Assembly: GCA_004431415.1 (NCBI GenBank)
Contig: QPMI01000115.1
Location: 87,309 to 151,308 of the forward strand
Direction: 5' to 3'
Source: Cyanophora paradoxa CCMP329
Lineage: Eukaryota; Plantae; Glaucophyta
Length of the DNA: 64,000 nt
The notes below the pieces were generated by a model. The model was given only the letters and a program-made list of their open reading frames with translations. It did no database searches and was not told the DNA's origin. Made by a program: the position numbers and the translations under genes. This document shows positions 12,501-23,829 of the stretch, piece after piece (the first letter of the stretch is position 1; each line of letters begins with the position of its first letter).

Positions 12501-15500
12501 TCCCAGCTGCAGCCGATCAGGAAATACTGGAAGACTACGCAGAGTGCTGGGTTCCGCTGCCTGGGCAAGCTGGCCATGGAGACTCCCAGCTGCAGGCGGC
12601 AGATCCGGAGCAATCCGAGGATGTGGAGCCGGCGCCGCCTGTACAGATGCAGGGGCGGTCGGCTGCAATCGCCTCTAGATCTACAGCTAGCGCTTCCAAG
12701 CCCGCAGAATCCGTGGCTGGTGAGATGGACGTTCGGCGGGCTCAAGGGCATGATGCACATGTCGAATTGCCCGATTTGAAACCTCTCCAGAGCGCCCAGT
12801 CCACGTTGCATTTGCAGCTTCCGCGTCAGCGCATCAGAACACGGACTAGTAATTCATCCGCGACCAAAATCAGCACACAGAACCAGAATCTGAAGTTCAC
12901 TCTTCCCGGTAGCAAGACGACGACAAGCCCAAACCCGGTCACTCTCCAACACAACGGGCGCCCGAATCTCCGTACCCACTCTCTAGACGCGCGCCAAGCC
13001 GTCCAACTTGGCTCTGATTACAAGGCCTCGCGGTCGGTCAGCCTTGACGCGCTCCAGTCTACCTCGCCAGCGCTAGCACTAGCAGGTTCGATGCCCGAAA
13101 TATATCGTTCAAATTTAAATTCGTTCGAGATTGCGCGCTGCGTTCTTAATCAAGCCTTTGATTTGCAGAGGACCGAGATGGCGACCGCGACATCGTCATC
13201 GCCATTTCGTCCTCTTCGAATTGCTTGCTACGAGAATCGGAGGCAAAGACGGCTAGCGCTGCAGATTCTAGTTCTGCGCCCGGATCGTTTCCGTTCTTTC
13301 TAACGTTGCAAGAACCGCAAGACGCCGGCCTGGCGGCTCTGCCGGGTAAAAGCAGTCGACTTTGTCACGCGGCGGGGCCCAGCCCGTACGTGTGGCGACC
13401 CTCGCTGGTTTTTCCACGGAACGGCGTTGATCGTGAGAGCGATGCCAGCGGGCTTGAGCTCGCCGCCGCTGAAGACCAGCTCAATTCTAAGGACGGCGAT
13501 CTCGAGACGGGCTCTTCGGGAGGGAGCGGCCTTTGTCTGCAGCCGGCGCCGCATGCGCAGCCACGATATCGATTTGCCGCTCAAGACGACGCGGAGGCGC
13601 AGGCCCCCCCGAGCCGCGGCATTCTTCGGCGCTCATACGAGCGCGTTCCCGCACATGCGAGACACGGAAGCAATGGCGAGGACTCAGAGCCCAGGTGGGC
13701 TTACTCCAAGACCGCCCCCTTGAACGTCCGGCAGAGTGCGTCCACCGAAACTCGAATTTCGCGAGCCTGCAGCTGATATATGTGGTCTTCAGCAGGTGAT
13801 AAACCGGCAACCGGAAACGTTAAGCTGCAAGACCAGCAGAAGGTCGGCAATAGCAAAGCCGGTGCAAGGCCCGGGCGGCCACAGGCGCACGACGGGGTGC
13901 TTGCCCGCCTTACCCGCAAGTACCTCTTGAGGTATATCCATATGCTCGTTCGCGTCATGTAATATTATTCCGCTTACACCTTTTGAATGTTCGAATTCTC
14001 GCCAGCTTCTCCCTTGTGGCAGTCTTCGTCGCGGGATCCTTTTCCACCGCTTTGATCGTTCTCAACCTGTGCAAGAGCTTCCCCGCTGAGTCGAACTGGG
14101 GATCCATCCGGCGAATGCGGTCCCGCGAGCTGGCCTTCCTCGTAAGAATATTAATCGCCTTCTTCTATTCTGGAAAAGCATATCTAAGCTTAAGTACAAC
14201 ATTACCGCAATGCAATGCAAATTGTAAACAAAAGAACCCGTTTCAGCGCCTCTGATGCTACATTACTTTGGTTTCAGGCGCGCGAGCTTTACATCGTCCC
14301 TTCGTCCGTCGTTTTGCCGCGCGACGACCTCTTCCGCCTCCTCAGCGATGTTCTCGTGCGCCCCTTGTAATCTAGTTTCATAAATTCGCACGCTTCTCTT
14401 TCACAAGCCTCATAATCACGATCAAAGCTTCCCATATATGTGCTGGCTCGATCCGCTTCCCTGAGGCTTAATCATTCATTCATTGATCATCGCTGCAGGG
14501 CGAGGTTCAATGGATCCACAACTCGATCCGTTTTGGGAACGGCTCTCTGAACCTTCCTGGGTCCGTCTGGTTCTTTTATAGATCTCGAATTTATAAAACT
14601 CGTGCTAAAGGCTACTCATACTCGATCAGGAACGACCGCCGGTACCCCGCTGCCAACAGCCTCATGTGTGAGTCCTTTTGCGTCGTTCAGGGGGACAGAT
14701 CATCTTTCGGATGTATCAACCGATCGATTTGAATTAATATTGCCACCGACGCCGAGCAGACTACCCCACGTGCCTGCGGGACGACGGCGCTTGCGACAAG
14801 TACACCGCGGGGGAGAAAGCCATTATGTACTCTGGACTGGCGAGCATGTTTGCGCACTTCATTGAGCGCGTGATGGCCGTGTCTTTGGTGCGTCGTCAAA
14901 TTAAAGAGCGTTCACGTTTCTCTTATTTCAAATGCATTTCGCGGACATGTACAGGAGCAGCAGTGCACGTACGCCGGCGGCTGCGCGACGGCCTCCTCGC
15001 CCGTCGACTTCTCTGCGTCGAAGGAGATCGCGGCGGTCCTGAACATAATGCCCACCCTCGACACCGGAATGAAGGTATGCGCGGGCCCGCCAGCTCTTAC
15101 ACAAATGATTTATTATAATTATATAAATACATACACAAACTGCGCCCCGTCGACGTCTTGACAATCGATATATCGTTAATCTATATACATATATTGCAGA
15201 ACGATCACGCCAGTACTAGCGCTGTACCGTAGCACACGCATATATGTCCGCCTCGATCATGACGGTTGTCCCGGCCCGCGAGCAGCTCGCCAACGACTAC
15301 ACGGTGGAGGAGGCGGACTCGCTGGTCAGCCTGGGCGTCCTCGTCCAGGGCGTCCTCCTCGCCGCCGACATCCTCGTCCTCTTCGGCCTCTACTGTGCGT
15401 TCTATATATTACCGTTAGAATTCAATTCGTTTTCTTTGCATAATCTCGCTTAAGCTTATATAAGGAGAATCGCAGTCGCGGTCTTCAGTCCCCTCATCAA

Positions 15501-15687
15501 ACGACTCCAAATCGAGAGCAACCGAGCGACACAGGTGCTACTAGAATATGCGTTTCGTGTAAACGCAATTGCGGTAACATAAAGGCTGGCTGCTGCGCAG
15601 ATTCTTTCCATGCTGCCCGTGAAGCAAGTGTCTGAGCTGCCGTTCCTTCGCTCCTACTTCGTCTCGCAGACATTCTCTGCAAGCTGA
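6593..15687 (+). CDS. TmcB/TmcC-like (tiny macrocysts family) multi-pass membrane protein, many exons
   Basis: N-terminal TM block (ALYWASGACVAAIFSLIAYVLY; DANPNSPDF), then a TPR-like helical region (DVQIAARCF..AELIFQ; ATLRMLRRFWRQL; LVQSYPNSK; YAQFLEQVANQPDQA), further TM pairs, and the family-typical C-terminus VFSPLIKRLQIESNRATQ/ILSMLPVKQV. Family call is from motif recall, not a search; no PAS domain recognised. Confidence 0.7.
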
Positions 15688-16309
15688 AAATGTAAATATG
15701 AAACATGTACAGAATAATTCTTGACCCGAGCCCTTAATTCAGCGTGATCGTTAGCATTGCATTTCTGGTGGCACGTGCACATTGCGTACGCCGGCGCCTT
15801 GGACTCCGGGAGCTCGAGCTCGAGGGGGCCGGGCAAATATATGTAGTTGCCGGATCCGCGCCTTCCCCGTCGACGTCGTGCCTCTCCGGATCCCAGTCCA
15901 AGTCAAGGGCACGGTCTGGCTGCCTGCTGCCTCCCTGCGTATTTCAAGTACTAGTCTTCCTATGTCGACGTCTTTCCCCAGGGTCTCCCTCCTTTAATTT
16001 CTCCCGGGTCCCGGATTCCTCGACCGTCGACGTCGACGTCGGACTGACGGCGTGGGGCTGGCCCTCGGAATCCGAAAGCTGAACTATATAGAAGGGCGCC
16101 CCCGCCCGCGAGGGCGCCCGGCGCGGCCCTCGGGCTCTCGCCCCAGCTCTGACCTGACCAGGGTGCTAAACGTGAAATGAATATATAACTTTGTAGCTAC
16201 AAAAGGATTCAGGGCTAGGCTCCGGAACCAGGCACAGGGGGCTCTGCACAGGAGTAAATTCAAATTGAGTGCTGAGCGGATGGCGTTATCGTCCTAAGCG
16301 GATTCCGGT

Positions 16310-19300
16310 CTAGGGCGCTCCTCCGGGGCCAGGCGTTGCAGCTGCAGGTGCGTCGACCTCGGCCGCGGGCGCCGGCGCCGGAGACCCGCCAGCCTCGCGA
16401 TCTGCCGGATGCTCTGGAAGGAACGACGAGAAGATCTCGAGGTTCCTGCACCGGCGCCGCGCCAATTTGAATGCAAATCCAGGCATCCAGTGGGCGCGTG
16501 AGCGTACCGAAAAGCAGGAATGACGTGGATCTCGAAGGAGTTCAGATTTTGAAAGACATGCGTGGCGAGGACGGGAAACGCGTTTTCGAGCTCCTGCATC
16601 GCGGTCCGGGTGGCGATGTATGTCTGCGGGCGAATTTGGTTCGGTTCGACAGAACACTGTGCGCACGCGTGCGGTATATATACGACTTCTTTGATTTGTG
16701 ATTGCTTTGTCGATTTTTAATTTTACTACCTACGGGGGGTTCGCCCTTCCGTATTCTCTCAAAAAACAATATCGATATCGAAAATAGTTTTGCAATCAAA
16801 GAAACGCACTTTGCGGGCCGACTGCACGAGCGCCTCCCGCTCGCTCTCGGGCATGCCGCCGGCGCCGCGGGCGCGCACTGCCTCGGCGACCGCCGTCGCT
16901 TTCGCGATCGCGTACGCCGCGCTCGTCATGTGAAGGAGAACGGCCCGCTGGATTACCCCCTGCGCGCCTATCGTGAGTTGCTGCTAGGCCTTGGCCTAGG
17001 CCCAGATGGGCCGAGCCCAGCAAATTGCGGTCACCCAGGGGAAGCAGAGCGCGACGCCGATCGTCAGACGAGCGATGGAGTCGCCGAAGAGTGCCGGCGA
17101 GAAGAGGGTCCGGTCCCCGCAGCGACACGCGCCCCGGCAAAGGTGGCATTCGAGCTCGAGCTCCGAGCAGTACTCTTCGTCGTGCGAGGGGATCGCTTCG
17201 GCAAGTGCCTCCAGCTGCTCGACGCTGTACCCGTCCTCCAGCGCCCCCCGGCCAGGGTCGGGGCCGATCTCGAACCGCTGGCGCATCGCGAGCTGGACGT
17301 AGTGCACGAGACAGCTAACGGGTCCTTCCATGTCCGCAGAACCGTGCCAAATCCGCGATTCAGGATCGTCCTCGTCGCTGGAGAGAAATACGTTCCGTCA
17401 GCTGCCGCCGAAGCCCCAAAACAAAAGTATGCATGATTCAATATAAATTAACGCGGACAATGGAGGGGGCACGTCGTCGTCAAACTTGGCGAAGGCGGCG
17501 AGCTCGCACCAGCGCGCGAGCAGCATCAGCACGGAGGCGAGGCCGGCCGGGTTCGAGGACGTGTCCAGCCCCAGCGCCGCCTCAACCCGGGCGCGCCCCT
17601 CCCAGCCGTCCTCGCCTTCGCTGCGCTCGAAGCTGACAAAAGAGTAGATTTTTGATACAGGTATACATCTGAACTGCGACGTACCTGGACAGGAGGAGAG
17701 CACCGGCAGCGAGGAGCAAGCGGGGGGTGAGCCGGATCTCGTCGGATCCTCGGAAATCCGGCTGGGGCGAACTTCCATCGAGCTTCGGCAACTCTGGTCT
17801 CCAACGCGCCGTCAGACAAATTGAAGTCCAAAACACGAATAGTCGATCGTAATTTGAGTTCTAGGTCTAGGTCTAGAAGCCTAGTGCAGCGGACCTCCAG
17901 CAAAGATCAAGTGGATATTTTGCTTGAAAGCAACCAGATTCGTCTGAATGGCATGCATATGGTTTGCATTAATGTCACACTGGGGATCCAATCATAAGAT
18001 CACGTAGGCATCAGCCACAGCACCTTCAGCCAGCTCTCGTAGCGATCTTCGCTGTCGTCGTCGCCGGAAGCGAGGGCGCTCTGCATGACCCAGACGGCCT
18101 GGACGCAGGGGCAGGCGTCCCACACGAGCTCTGCCAGCCGCAGCGCGTCCGCCCGCTCCTCCTCCGCCACTGCGCGCGCCGCACATCGGACACGGGAGCT
18201 GCAGGAGTGATCGAAGGGAACGGACCGGCATCTTCGGAACGAAGGATGACGTCCAACTCTCCGAGGACCCGCCGCCACAGGGGCGGGCAGCCGAGGTCGA
18301 GGTTGCATTCGCTGGAGGAGTAAAATCGCGACAGGCTGCGGGCTTGGGACCGAACGCTGGCGAAGGCGGCGACGCCGATCTTTGCTGCCAGAAAATAGTC
18401 GACGAGGGGCGGGTCCACCCGCCCCATGCCAACGACCTTCTCCGCAAATGATTTGCTGAGAGCCCACGGGTCCGGGAAGAGATTGTGAGGCCGGCGGGGC
18501 GTTTGGAGATCGTTCAAGCGATCCAGAAAGCGCCCGAAGAGGCGGCGCCGCAATGTTGCGAAACCTACACCGTCCGAGGGGACGCCCCAGAGCTCCGCCA
18601 GACGCGGGGCCGCGTGGTCCAGGTGGCGAAGCTGCGCGCCAAGAAGGCAAAATTGTAAAGGTAGCGGCCACGGAGAAATGACGTCGTTCATTGGACATAA
18701 TCACGTGCACGCACCGCATACGTGAAGTGCGGCCATTCTCTACAGCATAAAATGGCGGAGAAGGCGAGGCCGGCGGCGCTCTCCACGTCCCCGTTCTGGT
18801 CGAGCAGAACGGAGTATCGGAGGATGAGGTCGACTTGGTATTTGTCGCACGGAGTGTTGAGCGTGCGGCCGACCTTTGACAGCTGCTGCAGGACGACGCG
18901 CGCAAGCGATCCGGGCACGGCGTGTGCGCTCTCGCCCTCAGGCTGGCGGCTGACGTCTAAGAGGGCCTCCACGGCCTCTGTGAGCCGCCGCTCCTTGCTC
19001 GCATCTCCAAAAACTGTGCAATTTTCGCACAGGGTCGAGCCGCCGTGCCCAGCAAGATGTGACCGCAAAATGCAATTCACGAATTGAAGCGAGAATGTGT
19101 TGTCCGCATTCGAGAATGCCCACGCGGCTGCTTTGCTGTTCAGAAATGTACGGATGGCATCCAGCCCCACAGCTCCGATCTGGATTCGAGAAGTTATAAT
19201 TTGTGAAGATTGCGATCGAAAGCTGAAGCTGAGAGTGAGCGTGAACGGAATAGCGCGCACGATTGCTGGTCTGTTGTCGCGTGCGAACCGCTCGCCAAAG

Positions 19301-22300
19301 CATCTCAGTCTTCTGAACGAGGGCCCGGAGAATATGTCCGTTTTGACGAGAAGATCGAGGCAGAGCTTTCTGCGGGCGTCGGCCCCTGCGTCGCTGCTTT
19401 CCGAGGCCATTTCCAGCAGGGCAGTGACGAGCCGCAGCGCGTCGTCGAAACGATCCAGGGCGTCCAGGCGAAGAGCGCACGACAGCAACAGCGTCTCGTA
19501 CTGCTGGGGTAACGCGGGCTGACACTCGCCGAGAACGCTGAGCGCTGTTCCCCGCCGAGCCGCAAGAAGCGACGTGGCGACATCGAGGACGTGGGCCGGG
19601 CTGGCCATAGCTGCTGGCTCGGCTGAGAGGGGGCCGAAAAGCGCATCGCCGATCCTGCTGAGGTAGCTGTCGTGTGGCTCAGGGTCATCGCTTTCGTAGT
19701 GCCCCGACATAGAAAAAGCAGTGTCAAGGTTGACATTGCGGAGGAAGAATCTGGCGCAATGATATAAAAAAGACAAAGGTAAGCAGGTATCATGTGAAGT
19801 GCAATTGCAATCGAAAGTAAAGCACCTTGTCGATAATGCACCAAGGCCAGCTTCCTGGAGAGGCGAACACCAGAGTTGCGGAGTTCGAGGTTCCGCCTTG
19901 CCATCGACCCTAGCCGAAATCGACTTGTAGCGGTCCATATCAAAGTACGGCAGCGATCCCGTCCTGGCGAGGCGAACGAGGGCCGCCTCGAGGGCGACGT
20001 CGGGCCGCTGGGCGCAGGCGGCGAAGGCCTCCGCCAGCGGGAGCCCCGCCACCCGCAGCGCCTCCGCCGACTCGCGCTCGGCCGGGGATGGCGGCGGCGG
20101 CGGCGAACTCGAAGTCGAACGGAGGGCGAGGCCGGAACGGATCACCAGCTGGACCAGCTCGACCTCCTCCGGACCCGAGAGTCGGATGCGAGAGATTTCA
20201 TCGCGATCGAGGGTGATGAGCGCCAGGCTGAGCCAGAGCACGCTGAGATGGTCGCCCGCTGCTGCAAGCTGCTGCTGCAGTGCCTCGACGGTCTTTGCCA
20301 CGTCAATTACCGAGTCGTGAAGGACGACAACCCACTGACGCTGTTTCCAATCCTCGCCTCTGAAGAGGAGTCGACCGCTGCTCTGCCAGACCGAACGACA
20401 CCGCCGCCGAGTGCAAAGGGGGCTGTGGAGACGAGCAGTCGAGCTTGAAAGCTGAGTGCACTCGCACGCCCAGTCGCTGCTGCTGACGACGACGGCCGAT
20501 CTCGGCGCAAAGCACGTGGCGTCGGCATCAAAGAGGAGCGGGAGGTGCTTGTCCACGAGCTCGAGGACGGCAGCAACAGCTTCGGCGTCCCTGCGGCGGC
20601 TAGCCTGACACCACCGTTCGATTTCAGCAGACAAATGCGTGTACCGATCGCGAGCGCGCGCCAGCGCACCAGCTCTTGCACTGAAGCCACGAGAGTGCTG
20701 GCGACGCCTCCGGCCCGAGACAGGTTCAGGCGCTCTTGAGCTCGACCTGATTTCCAAGAGAGGTTATAATGAATACTGTACTTTAATGCCCAGAAAGAAC
20801 TCTCCAGCTCACCACGCTCGAGCAGGTAGCGGCAGCGCATCTCGAGATCAAGGGGAAGCTCCAGGCGAAGCAGCTCGAGGCTGGCGGAGGGAGAGGGCTC
20901 GGCGAGCGCGGCGCGGAGGGCCGGGTGGTCCCAGGTGGTGCGAGTCTGCTCAGGCCGGATTTTAGACGAAATAACGTGACGAGATTAAGAAAAGCGTTCC
21001 AAAGCACAGACCATGCGCGCTGCGCGGACGAGGGTGCGGGCCGCTTGGCGCAGGACGACGTGGACGCCGTCGCTCCAGTGAGAGCTACCATTTAGATCGC
21101 ACAGGTAAGGATCGTCCGCGAAACGGGACTCGGAATCGACCGCATCGACGATGTCCCGCCGAAGCCCGAAGCTGTCCACGATCTCCAGCGCTGCCGCGGC
21201 CAGGAGGGTTCGCTGCTGGGCGCTCACGCGCTCGTCGATGGCGATAAGCTGATCAACGTACGCGTGTGAGCTGAAGGTGCGGACACGCGTACATAGCTTA
21301 GCAGAAACGGAAGGCGCGCACACAGAGGCTGGACAGGCACTCGGCAGCGTGGTCCGCGCAAGCGTTCGCCTGAGGCCGGCGCTGCTGAAATTCCCTGCTG
21401 TCGACGAGCTTCTTGTCGGCGCTGTTGAGCTCGTACCGCCAGAGGAGCGTCTCGTCTCCCTTGAACTCTGCCAGCGATGCTGCCAGCCGCAGGAGGACGC
21501 CCGCCGCTGGCAAGAGCTGGCCCGCCGCGCGCAGCTGCTCAGAGAACGCGCGGAGTCGGTTGAAGAGCCTGCAGAGGGGTGAGAAGCTTATGAAGAGCAG
21601 ACTCACGATCGAAATCAGACGCAAGAACGCACGCGTTGAAGCAGGCGGGGTCGCCGCCGTCGGCGGTCTTATCTTTAGGGAACAGCTGGTGTCCGCAAGT
21701 GCGCGAGTAGAAAAGAGGCTCCTGGGACTGGGGCGCCCCCTTAATCGGGTACAGGCGGATCTCGTATCCGTCATCACCAAACCCCGAAGCGTGCGGACGA
21801 GTCGTCCTCATCACCTTACGGAAGTCGCCTGGGAAGCGCTTGTCGTCGTCGTCGGCGCAGTCCGCTTGAGCGCAGCGCCACATCGGCGCGCGCGAGCGGC
21901 GGAAGGCTTCGAGGCCCGCCGCAATGGCACGCGACGCCAGCCCCTCGCCGAGCTGGTTCGCCCTCTCCGGATCCGCCGGCGGTGGCGGAGAAGCGCTTGG
22001 CTGCGCAAGGGGGGAAGAGATTGAAGAAGCGTTGATTAAAGTAGAAACTGAGGGCTGGATGCTAGCGCGAGGGAACTGGGGATAACTCTACTCTTATATG
22101 AATACAACGGCAAGCTCTGCGATGGCAAGTATAAATCTGTGTACATGTGTACATGTGCGCCTATGTGCGTCTGCGTGTGGTCGCGGCGGGGGGGGGGGGC
22201 GAAGGTGGGGACTCTCATAAGGCCTATATCGCTGGATGGTGGGGACATTCAGAAGTATAGAGGAGGGTTTGCGGGGGGGGCGCGGAGGGAAGGCCATTCA

Positions 22301-22384
22301 TGGGCGGAGGGTTCGCAGCGGCGATGATTAGAAAGCGGGTGAATGCATGATGAGCCGTGGGGGTACGTATGGTGAGCGAGGGAG

Positions 22385-22417
<33 letters not shown>

Positions 22418-23282
22418 CCAAGCAGCCTATATACATAGCTAGAGCGACGCCTTAACGAGGACTAGCCAAGAGCGTGCTTTGGGAAGGGGAAAACGCGAGA
22501 AGAGTGGTGTACCTGATCATCGAGCCCTCGGAGGTCGGGGAGGGAGGGCGAGGCGGCGAGGCGGAGGAGGCAGGCGGCGGCGTGCGGGCAGAGGCCGAGC
22601 GACTCCCGACACGCCGCGCCCGTGCACGTGACCGCGGTGCACGCGCGGCTCCCGCCCGCCTCGCTCTCCTGCTCCGGCGCGGGCGGCGCTGGCTGTGAGT
22701 ACATCGAACGCAGCCGCCGCGTTACGTATACCGCGGGCAAAGCTCGAGGCGCACCGTCAGAGACGCCTGAACGAGTGCTTCGTCGCTCTGAGCTTCTTCT
22801 GCGCCGCCTCCGAAGTGCGCCGCGATCCGCAGCGTCCGCTCACAACTGACGGCCGCGGCCGCCGCGGCCGGCGTCGACGCGGACTCGCGCTGGATCGTGA
22901 GCCGCAGAGCGCCCGATGCGCTGCCGGCTTCGCTCGACGCTTCTGCTGCGGCTGCGAGCAGTTCTTCGCCGCGGGCGAGGGCTGCGGGCTCCGTGAACGC
23001 GCGAACGCCCTCGGCGCTGATATCGATCATGACGTCGACGGGGACGACCGCCGACGCCGCGAAGACCGCGCGCCAGTCAACTGTCGGGAAGCGATGTCAG
23101 CGGTCGATCACTATCGCTCGCTCGTTTGAAGCACGCCGCCCCCGTGCACCGCTCTCGCGCGCCCACCGATCGATCCCCGACCCGGCCCGCGCTGCATCGC
23201 GCGCACCTGGAGGCGGCTCGGGGTCGTCCTCGAGTCGCGCCCGCTTCGCGGATCGCTCGCCCGCTGAAGCTAAGGGCTGCAT
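16310..23282 (-). CDS. Multi-exon gene (copy A') with N-terminal SWIM-like Zn finger; inverted paralogue of 1-4470
   Basis: 16310-20700 is colinear with copy A. Upstream exons appear to splice in frame (LDDQ|gtacac...cag|PSASPPP..MWRCAQAD). ISAEGVRAFTEPAALARGEELL and CTGAACRESLGLCPHAAACLL resemble SWIM-family N-termini. The start codon and single-gene model are inferred. Confidence 0.65.
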
Positions 23283-23308
23283 CGCTCGAAGACCGCCCTG
23301 ACGGCGTA

Positions 23309-23341
<33 letters not shown>

Positions 23342-23829
23342 ATATCGATATCGACATCCGCCGTCCCCGCCCTCCCATCGATATCGCAGCCGCAGGCGCC
23401 GGCCGCGGCCGGCCGGCCCCGGGCCGCGCCTCCGAGCTCGAATTCGGACTACGGAGAGCGCCGGGTCGCGCCGGACTACTCGGACTACTCGCGGCCGGAG
23501 CCCCTGATCATGACGGCAGCCCCCGCGGCCGTGGTCTCGAGCTCTACGCACAGCTACGAATGCGCACAGCTACGAATCGAATGACAAAAGAGTCGCCGAA
23601 GTTCTACTAGGACACACAGCCTTCACTGAACTAGAAGAAAGACACAAATGCACGCAATATACTAACAACACCATCAAAACTCGGCAGGGCGCCCTAGGCC
23701 TGCCCATGCTGGCCTCGAGACTCCAATAGGAAACTAAACTAATCAACGCAACACGCATACAGTACAAAGGGCACCGAGCGGGCCTGGGGCCGGAGCCGAG
23801 CGCGCTGGGGCGGGGCGTGGCGGCCCCGG

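Noticed and set aside
12137-13962. Stand-alone genes in the 388-aa and 183-aa ORFs
   Set aside because: They are low-complexity linker exons lying between TM blocks of the TmcB-like gene and are bounded by splice signals.
1-20760. A/A' inverted copies as terminal inverted repeats of a giant transposon
   Set aside because: Similarity is exon-biased and ends at the stop codons, and no transposase or TSD is visible. Gene duplication is the simpler explanation.
22380-23345. Long poly-G and poly-C runs as a paired structural element
   Set aside because: Similar homopolymers occur in many introns and spacers across the window, with no flanking complementarity.
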